Of a stretch of DNA of 64,000 bases, positions 19,271 to 27,936 are shown piece by piece; position 1 is the stretch's first letter, and the number at the start of each line of letters is the position of its first letter. Position numbers and translations under genes: made by a program. The DNA comes from a virus, in the IMG/VR virus record IMGVR_UViG_3300029908_000017, positions 1-64,000 of that record, one strand, 5' to 3'. A model generated the notes under the pieces. The model searched no databases. It was not told the origin of the DNA and saw nothing but the letters and a program-made list of their open reading frames with translations.

Positions 19271-19823
19271 GTATTATTGCAACGATGTTAGCATCAATAA
19301 AATCAGATTCAATATTGTTTGGTACTTTGATGTCGAAGTATTTTTCCAAATTTTCTAATAGAATATTTTTACCCAAATTATTAAAGCTGGTCTTATCGTT
19401 GAATAATACTTCTTCAAACTGAATTATTCTTTTCAACTGATATTTTATCGATAACAACTGTAGTCGAAGATTGTATTTATCAACATTATGCCAAATCAGT
19501 TTAGTAATATTGTGCTCATTTATTTTACTCAACAATTCTACATAAACACGTTCCTCATTATCATCAGTGATTGAAATGCGAGACCATGTAAGTAGTCCGG
19601 TTCTTTGATCAATAATTTTTACAAAGCCTTTTACACCCTTCAACTTGGTTGTAAATGTATGGTTGCCCACGTCGGCCAACCATTTTTCTTCTTTGTCTTT
19701 GATGTCTTTTTCTTTTTTAATTGGATCAGTAAGCCTACCATCGGCTTTAAAGTCAGGTATCCATTTTAACAATTCTTCCCCTTGAAGGGGAGTAAACTCT
19801 AATTTTATAGCAGCTATACTCAT
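19254..19823 (-). CDS. Hypothetical protein in Ubl cassette
   Basis: Overlaps the JAB start. Confidence 0.7.
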   Translation of the reverse strand: MSIAAIKLEFTPLQGEELLKWIPDFKADGRLTDPIKKEKDIKDKEEKWLADVGNHTFTTKLKGVKGFVKIIDQRTGLLTWSRISITDDNEERVYVELLSKINEHNITKLIWHNVDKYNLRLQLLSIKYQLKRIIQFEEVLFNDKTSFNNLGKNILLENLEKYFDIKVPNNIESDFIDANIVAIIHDLTI

Positions 19824-19825
19824 AA

Positions 19826-20032
19826 TTAATCTAATTCAGTTGTTTTTTCGTATCCTCGAAGAATTGCAGTCTGTACATAATAATCGTAAAATCTGACAGT
19901 CTGATCCTCATATAATTGGTCTGCCACATCTAATGCATCATCTTCATTTCGCCACGCTTCTTTGACTATAATTTCACCCTCACTATCTTCTTGCAGCACC
20001 AGATAAATATATGTTTCGTTATTTATACTCAT
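19826..20032 (-). CDS. Small acidic hypothetical protein
   Basis: ATGA-coupled to the 729-aa gene. Confidence 0.6.
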   Translation of the reverse strand: MSINNETYIYLVLQEDSEGEIIVKEAWRNEDDALDVADQLYEDQTVRFYDYYVQTAILRGYEKTTELD

Positions 20033-22218
20033 GCAACGGCTACCTCTTGAATTTCTGGAATATTAGCAACTTCTTGTGCGATATCTTTTAATTCTTGATC
20101 AAGATTATCATTGATAACCGGTTCATTTGTATCTTCTACATCAACAGTTTCAAAATCCTGGTCAATAGGAGTTTCTTTGACATAATGCTTTAGGGTATAA
20201 ATTTCGTCAACCAATACCGAGTCATTATGCAACGCATACAATCTAGCCGCGAGATCATCATAACCTACACCTGTATCATGGCTTGAATTGACAATGCAAA
20301 TATAACCCTGGCTAGCTTCGTCAAATACTTTGCAATTTTCTTTATTCACAATATAGGTTGTCAGCTTGCCTTTGATACGGTAAAACTCTTTACCATCTTT
20401 TTTGATCAACTCCGCGCCTGTAGCTTCTACAGCCATTTTTAAGAATTCTTTAGATTTCTCAACCGCTAATGCGTGCTTTAAGTCTAAATAATCAACAACC
20501 GCAATAAGATCAAAATCTGTCAAATGCTCGGTAACTACTTCTTTTTCGATTTCAACCCCATCAGCATTCTTTTCTTTAACAATCTTCTTAAAGGTAGACG
20601 CTTCTTTTAGAATTGGCTTTAATTTGCTTCTTGCCCATTTATCTGTTTTTGTCTCTCCGTTACACCAATTAGCATTTGCCGATTTATTTAAAGCATATAC
20701 TTTTTTGATTAAATAATTTAATCTAACAGGTACTGTCTTCTCGATATTATCAATAGAGTTAATAACAAGATGTGGCTTTCTATCCACAATTCTAAAGAAC
20801 AATTTAGTGCATTCAGGATGAGGTAAGGGATCTGCCCAACTACCAACATAATCCTTGTCAATTTTTACACCTAGTCCTGCACTAATTGCATCCGTGGCCT
20901 TTAAATTCAAGACTGAAGTTTGTTTAAGGAAATTTGTGTAATTCAACTCGTCTTGAAAACACGAACAACGATAAATAACTTCTTCTAACTCATTGGCATT
21001 GATACGAATACCATTGATCTTACGATGACCGCTTGCCAAGTGCTTAGTCAACGTTAATGTAATTCCATTAATCTTGAACGACTCCAATGTAATTACACCA
21101 TCCGTATACGCGGATTCGTCAGCAATTTCAAAAGTCTTAGGTACATTCACTTCTTCTTGGACCCTCGCGCTTCTCCTCCATCCATATCCGTACTTACGAA
21201 TTTTCTTAATCTGCCGTACTTCTTTCTTTAATCCCGCACTCTCAAGTTCAGCCGCTTTGGCTTTCGCAATTTCACGGACAACTGAATAGATATCAAATTG
21301 ATTATGAATATCATAAACACCCATAAATATTTCAAATAGCTTAGGATATTCGAGAGTAACAGTATGATAAACAGCCGAATTAGCTGTGAACTTAATATTG
21401 TTAAACTCACCAGATTCCACTTCACCAGACGCTAGTTTATTAGCATAGACTAATGTAGTATTAGCATTGTATTCTCCTTCAAGGACAGCTAACCGAGTTT
21501 TCCAAATAGTTTTCTGGTCTTTTGTCAGTCCCTTCTCCATCTTTAAGCGATACAATACACTCTTTTCAGGATTAATAAAGAATCCATGATCCAACATATC
21601 TACGAATCTTGAATTAAATCGTAGAAGATGAAAAACTAATAGAATTTCATAAGTAAAAACATTTGCAACGGCGTATTTACTAATCAATTTATTTTTCTCA
21701 TGATACTGGTATACCTGAAAAAGATTATATTGATCGAGATAATCATATACTTTGTCCATGTGTGAGGCCATGAACTTGATAAACCTTCGACCATTTACAA
21801 TACGATAAGTTGTACCATTTACAATTTTTTCGATAGGTGCCTGCATGATAACCAATGGCCCATCACTATCATCAACAGATTGTCGAGTGTAATATTTTGA
21901 ATTTGTGATCTTATCACGAATTGCTCCATAACTACTATCAGTTACTAACTCATAATTATCGTTGCAAAAAGAATCCTCAAAATCATTGTCAGGCCAATTT
22001 GAGGTACCGCGAATTGCTTGATAATTTAATTTAAACAACGAATGTAGCGTAGGTAAATTTTCTATATAAAAATCCTGTACTTTAAAATAGAAATTAATAT
22101 CCTTGTTCTGTTCTTCCCAAGCCAATTCAAAATCTATTTTAACCTTCTTTAACTTTAATAATAGATTTTTTAATTTTACCAAATATTGTTTATTTAACTG
22201 CGAGTGATAAAATGCCAT
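20029..22218 (-). CDS. Large protein of Ubl cassette; C-terminal GYICIV domain
   Basis: 729 aa; RIKGKLTTY...GYICIV...DDLAARLYALHND resembles the C-terminal domain seen after DUF4132. Confidence 0.6.
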   Translation of the reverse strand: MAFYHSQLNKQYLVKLKNLLLKLKKVKIDFELAWEEQNKDINFYFKVQDFYIENLPTLHSLFKLNYQAIRGTSNWPDNDFEDSFCNDNYELVTDSSYGAIRDKITNSKYYTRQSVDDSDGPLVIMQAPIEKIVNGTTYRIVNGRRFIKFMASHMDKVYDYLDQYNLFQVYQYHEKNKLISKYAVANVFTYEILLVFHLLRFNSRFVDMLDHGFFINPEKSVLYRLKMEKGLTKDQKTIWKTRLAVLEGEYNANTTLVYANKLASGEVESGEFNNIKFTANSAVYHTVTLEYPKLFEIFMGVYDIHNQFDIYSVVREIAKAKAAELESAGLKKEVRQIKKIRKYGYGWRRSARVQEEVNVPKTFEIADESAYTDGVITLESFKINGITLTLTKHLASGHRKINGIRINANELEEVIYRCSCFQDELNYTNFLKQTSVLNLKATDAISAGLGVKIDKDYVGSWADPLPHPECTKLFFRIVDRKPHLVINSIDNIEKTVPVRLNYLIKKVYALNKSANANWCNGETKTDKWARSKLKPILKEASTFKKIVKEKNADGVEIEKEVVTEHLTDFDLIAVVDYLDLKHALAVEKSKEFLKMAVEATGAELIKKDGKEFYRIKGKLTTYIVNKENCKVFDEASQGYICIVNSSHDTGVGYDDLAARLYALHNDSVLVDEIYTLKHYVKETPIDQDFETVDVEDTNEPVINDNLDQELKDIAQEVANIPEIQEVAVA

Positions 22219-22250
22219 AAAAAAGCCCGTTGGTGTTTAATCCAACGGGC
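22219..22250 (-). terminator. Intrinsic terminator between Ubl gene and 729-aa gene
   Basis: gcccgttgg-N8-ccaacgggc-tttttt directly followed by ATG. Confidence 0.8.
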
Positions 22251-22269
22251 ATCTCCGTTTATTGATTAA

Positions 22270-22623
22270 TTAACCACCGATGACTCGTCCAACGATTTGT
22301 ACAGGAGGAGTAATGAATTTACCTGGAAAGGCAATATCTACTTTTGTCAGAGAAGACAGCAAATCACGTAACCGTAACTTATCGCTTTCAATAATCTTGT
22401 TATCGTCATCCGTACCATTAAACTTAGCAGATGTCTTAAAGATTCCATCGTTAATCACAGCCCAAAGCTTGTTGGTCTGGAAATGACTAAAGATACGTTC
22501 AACGGCTCCTTCTAAGTTTAGTTTAAAAGTTTCATGTCCGGCTTTACCAGTAACATGCAAATCGTAAACAGGTGCGTTCAAATCTAAAGCTACTTCTGCA
22601 ATTGTATTTTTGATTTCTTCCAT
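22270..22623 (-). CDS. Ubiquitin-like (beta-grasp) protein with C-terminal GG
   Basis: Ends VQIVGRVIGG; beta-beta-alpha-beta pattern (VYDLHVT/ETFKL/AVERIFSHF/WAVIND); in an operon with E1 and JAB. Confidence 0.7.
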   Translation of the reverse strand: MEEIKNTIAEVALDLNAPVYDLHVTGKAGHETFKLNLEGAVERIFSHFQTNKLWAVINDGIFKTSAKFNGTDDDNKIIESDKLRLRDLLSSLTKVDIAFPGKFITPPVQIVGRVIGG

Positions 22624-22625
22624 AA

Positions 22626-23144
22626 TTAAACAGTTTGGGCTACCTCGTGATCTTCGTTGATAGCCAAAGAGAATCCAGACAAATCCTCGCTAGCGTTATT
22701 TAGATTCAATCTTGAATTAAACGTAATTTTTGCACCGGATTTCTGCAGAATCTTTACCAACGAGGCAAGAAAGAAACGAGGATGAGTAAGCTGCTTTACT
22801 CGTACTTCTGCCTTTACCTCGTAACCCTCGCTAATATTAACTACTAGCTCTTTGGGAGCTTCTACAGGTTGATTATCAACGACTACTTGAATTGGCTGTT
22901 TTGAATTTGCCTTTGTTTTAGTAGCAGTACCTTTCTTTGATTTTGCAGTTGTTGGTTTTGCAGTTGTAGTAGATTTAACAACATTCTTATCCGCTCCCTC
23001 TACTTCAAGGGTAGCCCAATTCTTGGAAATATTATTCGCATAAGTTGAGGAATAACCTTTCTTGATCAAATACGCAGACACACCTTTCTTCTGCCGCTTG
23101 ATCTTCAATAATTCGTCGTAAAGTGCTTTTTTAATTTTAGCCAT
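22626..23144 (-). CDS. Basic protein with Lys/Thr-rich linker
   Basis: N-terminal helical KKG-x-x-x-YL-x-x-x-GYS domain, then a K/T/A-rich tract. Confidence 0.7.
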   Translation of the reverse strand: MAKIKKALYDELLKIKRQKKGVSAYLIKKGYSSTYANNISKNWATLEVEGADKNVVKSTTTAKPTTAKSKKGTATKTKANSKQPIQVVVDNQPVEAPKELVVNISEGYEVKAEVRVKQLTHPRFFLASLVKILQKSGAKITFNSRLNLNNASEDLSGFSLAINEDHEVAQTV

Positions 23145-23150
23145 AATAGT

Positions 23151-23291
23151 TTAGTAAGTTTTCTTGTATGCTGCGAGTGTCTTTTCGATATTTTGCTGTG
23201 AATAACCCTGAAGAAGTAGATAAGACCGTAGACCCTTTTTTGCGAGACGTACTTTATCCAATTCTTTAACTAACGTTTTATTTATTTTCAT
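23151..23291 (-). CDS. 46-aa unannotated paralog of the N-terminus of 22626..23144
   Basis: MKINKTLVKELDKVRLAKKGLRSYLLLQGYSQQNIEKTLAAYKKTY aligns with MAKIKKALYDELLKIKRQKKGVSAYLIKKGYS. Confidence 0.75.
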   Translation of the reverse strand: MKINKTLVKELDKVRLAKKGLRSYLLLQGYSQQNIEKTLAAYKKTY

Positions 23292-23413
23292 ATGTTTATT
23301 TCTATTCTGTTACTACTACTGCCATGCACTTCAATCCCAAAAAGCTACCCAATAACAAAAGCGCAATTGCTGAAATTGTTTTTAGGGCTTTGATGGTTAT
23401 CAGTACATAATCT

Positions 23414-24352
23414 TTAAACTCCATCATATTCTTTAATTATTTTTTGTGAATAATCTTCTTTGTATTTGTTTATTATATTATTTATTTCTTCAGAATTTAC
23501 GATCTCGGGTGTATCAAAATCCTTGAAATACTTGTCTAACTCTTGTTTACTACCTATTTCTTCCAAGTTGTCCTGATCAACGATTATACATTTCACTGGG
23601 GAATCTGAATAAAGATATGAGACACATCCTCCAACCACTTCAATTATAATTGTAGGTATCTTATTGTTCATTATAGCAATCTTCTTGATAAGGTGTATCA
23701 GCCACTATCTCATATTCCCAATCTGGATTATTTTGATTGGCAACCCAATTTTCCAATGTTTCTAATGCTCCTGAATTGTCTTCTAAAAAACTAATTATCG
23801 CCCGTTCACCACTACAATCATCGGTATAACCAATCGTTTTTAATAGATCTTCGAACCTTACCAACCCAATCATTCCTTCATAACAAGGCCCAATATCATT
23901 AGCTTCTTTCCATCTTTGAATGACTTGTGGATTCATACTAAATGGGAGAGCGTCTCAGGGCTTACCCAAGTATAGCTATATGGGTCAGATGTATTCTCAG
24001 ATGACGTTATTTTAATAAGCATCTCCCTTGCGGAGGTTAGGCTTATTGCCAATATCTTAAATGTATTTGGAGATTTTCCCCAATGTACGATATCTCCAAC
24101 TTCAAAAGTACGTTTATTAATAGGTACAACTTCATAAATTGGTTCGGCAGGAGGAATCACCTTTACAAAATGAGTAGCTGCAAGAATGACAAAATTTGCA
24201 TTTGGAAATTTTTTAGCCAATCGTAAACCTTCAGTTTCTGCTTCTTCAAATGTAGAGTGACGAACACGAGGAAGTGTAACAACATCTTGAGGATTTGTTC
24301 GTGGTTGATACCTCATCACATACCAAAATTTATCGATTTTATCGACTTTCAT
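23414..24352 (-). CDS. Three coupled small hypothetical ORFs (23414..23671, 23661..23936, 23933..24352)
   Basis: Overlapping start/stop codons. Confidence 0.6.
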
Positions 24353-24354
24353 AA

Positions 24355-24939
24355 TTAAACACCAATAGGTATAAGAGGTACCGGAGCGAATTGATCAACT
24401 GCGTAAAGGTCATTCAATTGATTATCCGATAGCTTGGCAGGAGGAAGGTCTAAATGATTATTGATTTTCGCCACTGAAATTTCTTCAATTGGAGTAGTTA
24501 CTTCTTGTGGGGTTAAATCTTCATCAATAACCACTGTAATATTTTCGTCCTCCACTTTCCGGCTTACTACAGTCTTAGGATTTTTAATGTTCTTCAGACT
24601 ATTGAAAAGCCAAGAGATTTTATGCCCAACATTACGAAAATTATGCTGCTTGATTTCAGGCAACAATAATTCAATATCTTCATACCATGTTGAATCTTCG
24701 TCGTCATTACGAATTTCTGCCTGCCAATTGATCAGTTCATCTTCATCGGTGTTTGATATACTATTGGCAATCTTGATCGTTGTTTCTTCAAACAAATCAT
24801 TTAATGCCTGATAATAAAACTCTTCTGACCGACCTTCCGGACGACCTGCGTTTTCCCAATAGTAATAAGCTCGAACTTCTACTACTTGTGATTCAATTTC
24901 AATATATGTGTTCAAGGCAATGCCTTTTTCGATTTTCAT
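24355..24939 (-). CDS. DUF2934-domain protein (start revised to 24939)
   Basis: RAYYYWENAGRPEGRSEEFYYQA motif; ATGA overlap with 24936..25223. Confidence 0.7.
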   Translation of the reverse strand: MKIEKGIALNTYIEIESQVVEVRAYYYWENAGRPEGRSEEFYYQALNDLFEETTIKIANSISNTDEDELINWQAEIRNDDEDSTWYEDIELLLPEIKQHNFRNVGHKISWLFNSLKNIKNPKTVVSRKVEDENITVVIDEDLTPQEVTTPIEEISVAKINNHLDLPPAKLSDNQLNDLYAVDQFAPVPLIPIGV

Positions 24940-25201
24940 GTATTTTCTTTCTTTATGTTTGCTAACTCTTTTTCTAATGCGAGAATCTTGTCTTCTCGAC
25001 TCTTGTTGTACCAACTACCAATACTCTCTGCTTCTTTTAACTGGTCCTTCAGATCATCAATATCTTCAAGTTGTTCAAAGATATTTCCTGCTCCGATATG
25101 TGTAATACGCATACCGTGTGTGATCTTTTTATTCTTATGGGCTTTCCAAACCCAATCAGCCTTTGGTAAATCTTTCTTTTCCGGAATGACCGCTACAATG
25201 G

Positions 25202-25474
25202 TTATTGTTTTAGGGTAGGGCATATCTCAAATTCAAAAGGTTGAACTTTGACATCTTCACATTCCTCATCAAAACGTTCAATAAAAGTTGTTGCTTCATT
25301 AGGTAGTTGAATAATCTCTTTGATCTCCTCTTCTTTCATAAGAGTTATACAGAGTCTACCTACATATATACGATAATTCGGGAGTTCTCGGCTTGTTGCT
25401 AATGAAATAGGACAAAAATAACCTTTGTTAGGTCGCCCCAATTCAATATCTTGTTTAGTTACACGTATTTTCAT
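25202..25474 (-). CDS. Hypothetical protein, paralog of 1577..1840
   Basis: MKIRVTKQDIELG...CPISLA...PFEFEI. Confidence 0.7.
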   Translation of the reverse strand: MKIRVTKQDIELGRPNKGYFCPISLATSRELPNYRIYVGRLCITLMKEEEIKEIIQLPNEATTFIERFDEECEDVKVQPFEFEICPTLKQ

Positions 25475-26133
25475 AACATTGCGTAATCATGGTTACTAAC
25501 GTATGCATCAATAATACTCTCTGCTTCTTTGAAGACATAACCAAATTCATCATGTTGAGCGTGTTCAGGATAGAATCCATAACAAGAATCAATAATCTCA
25601 TCTTCTTCATTGTGTATTTCAAATCCACAAACATTACCCCGTAAATAATCATCGTAAATTTGAACTTCGTATTCTAATACCTCCAAAATTTGCTGCTTCA
25701 ATGATTTTCCGAAATTAACGGTTATTGCTTCCCAACCTTCTTCTTTATTAGTTACCGTAAATTCTTGTAGTGCCTTTTCCAATGTACAGTAAATGAATCC
25801 AACTTGCCCACTATCCCAAGGACAAGAAAAACCACATGTATTAATAGACAAACCGGAATGATCCATCAAATACAATGGTAATATAACAATATTTTCTTTA
25901 AGTATTGTTTCGGCTTTCTCAGTTGGTGTTTCTTCGTCAATATCACATAGGTTGTAGAAGTATTCTTGAAAACTTGAATTCTTTAATTGCTCATCCCCTA
26001 AATTATAATTACGATGACTGCATACCATTTTACCAAGATTACACCAATCTCTAGGAGATTCTGGGCAATCATCACTCACCAATTTAATTTTATAATCTTT
26101 ATAATCTCTTTCTTCAACCACGTAATTATTCAT
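25471..26133 (-). CDS. Conserved phage/mobile-element protein
   Basis: PLYLMDHSGLSI, WDSGQVGFIY and DSCYGFY motifs. Confidence 0.65.
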   Translation of the reverse strand: MNNYVVEERDYKDYKIKLVSDDCPESPRDWCNLGKMVCSHRNYNLGDEQLKNSSFQEYFYNLCDIDEETPTEKAETILKENIVILPLYLMDHSGLSINTCGFSCPWDSGQVGFIYCTLEKALQEFTVTNKEEGWEAITVNFGKSLKQQILEVLEYEVQIYDDYLRGNVCGFEIHNEEDEIIDSCYGFYPEHAQHDEFGYVFKEAESIIDAYVSNHDYAML

Positions 26134-26490
26134 TTAATTTTTGGATTAATCTCTTAAGTCCTGCTATAAACTTATCCGCCACATAGGCAGAAATACATCT
26201 ACCCTGAATATGATAACTTGTAGCATGGTGTTTCACCAGATCACCTCGATAATCATCGCCTTTGTGATGATCTTGTTCAACTTTATAAGTGTTACACAAC
26301 ACACCTGTTAATACACAATATTCAGATTTATCTGTATCGTCTTTATGTTGATAAGGTAATAACTGTACAAACTCTTCATTAAGCTTAGCTTCTTCAACAG
26401 CAATTTTTTTATTTTGTTCATATTCAATCGCTTCTGCCTCTGTATCGAATAATGAATCATCGAATGTCTTATATTTTTTTATTTCTGTAA

Positions 26491-26916
26491 TCATACATCT
26501 TCTATGAAAAATGATTTAATATCTTTACGGTTCGGTGACCATTGCCAATATATGTCAGCTTCATCGAAGATTTTTTCTACAGTACCTTCGTTGTCTTGTA
26601 TACCATGATACCTAAAGTTAAAAGAAGATTGACATAAAACTAAGTTCCAAGTTTCAGCTGCATAATTTCTAAACCACCAAACAGATGGAAATTCATCACT
26701 CCACATTGTCCGACACTTTGGTTTTGGTTTAATTCGGTATATATGATTTTCAAAATCCCAAATACCACTCTTTACTTCATACCAGTTGGACGCTCGTGTT
26801 ATATCTTCAATTTTCCAATGGGCTTCAATTGACTTTCCATCTTCAAAAGCTTGTATCACTTCTATTATTTCTTTGTTTGTCATATTTTTTATATTTAGGT
26901 AAATCTGGCCATGCAT
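26491..26916 (-). CDS. Hypothetical protein, paralog of 50023..50436
   Basis: IEV-x-QA-x-x-DGK-x-IE...W-x-x-x-x-x-x-YRIK...WSP. Confidence 0.7.
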   Translation of the reverse strand: MHGQIYLNIKNMTNKEIIEVIQAFEDGKSIEAHWKIEDITRASNWYEVKSGIWDFENHIYRIKPKPKCRTMWSDEFPSVWWFRNYAAETWNLVLCQSSFNFRYHGIQDNEGTVEKIFDEADIYWQWSPNRKDIKSFFIEDV

Positions 26917-27100
26917 CTACTAGATCATCGAACCGATAACCATCATCGATATTTAGTTCAAAGATTTTTGAAAAATCATTAACATTGAATTTTCGTAATT
27001 TTTCGTAGCGATGATATCCAATGTATAGATCTGCTACATAGTGGTCATCTCCATATGTATCTCTGACCATCAAAGATGATGTAAGGGTTTTCATAGAAAC

Positions 27101-27277
27101 TTACTCCGTGTCATGCCATTCCTTACCTCTCGATTCGTCGAGTCCCTGGATGTAGCCCTTGTTGTTTGCCCACTGTTGAAGCTTGTCGAGAATGGCTATG
27201 GCTTTCGGCATGTCGCCAAGGTACAAAGCCGTGGAAACCTCTTGAGCAATCGTCGCAAGTTGTTCCTTGTCCTTCAT
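27101..27277 (-). CDS. 58-aa unannotated ORF with elevated GC
   Basis: MKDKEQLATIAQEVSTALYLGDMPKAIAILDKLQQWANNKGYIQGLDESRGKEWHDTE; many G/C-ending codons. Confidence 0.65.
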   Translation of the reverse strand: MKDKEQLATIAQEVSTALYLGDMPKAIAILDKLQQWANNKGYIQGLDESRGKEWHDTE

Positions 27278-27936
27278 TGGTGATGATCCCCGTTTAATAT
27301 TGTGATTGTGTGCATTATTATACTCCTTTGCTATATCTCTTTAATGTTTCGAAAGAAACGATTTTGAATGGTCTGGAAAATAAGAAATTTGCATATCTCT
27401 CGGACTGTTCATCAGGTACATAATTTTTATTTCTAACGAGTTTTAAAACTATATCTTTTTCAGGTACCATGTATTCCATTTTGTAAATTATACTTTCTGT
27501 TTATGATGGTTTTTAAGCTATTCAGAAACTTTAGTTTGTGTATTGATAGGCTCTACTGCCTCTAGTTTATCTTCGTACCAATCCATATTGTATATAGTAA
27601 AAGGAAAGTCATGATCAATTATTCCTTCTTCTAACAACGTTTGCGCTTTGTCGTAAGCTGATTCTCCTGAATCTACTTCAACCTCAAACTCTATAACTTG
27701 CTCCCAACGCCTAGTTACAATTGCCTTGTATTTCATGTGATTACTATCGAGTTATATTTATTGTTACCTCACCAGTAGTATCATTAACATGACAATATTC
27801 TCCGTATAACAACAACAGGTAATGTGCATAACTATTATTATAAAGTATTTTTTCTACTTGGTCGTAAGGTAAGTTAAATTCAATTTTACCTTTGTTATTT
27901 ATATGTACATTTGAACTTCGTACAAGATATTCCATG

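Noticed and set aside
18217-22623. Thiamine/molybdopterin biosynthesis operon
   Set aside because: No ThiG, MoaE, cysteine desulfurase or rhodanese nearby. A sulfur-relay role using host partners cannot be fully excluded.
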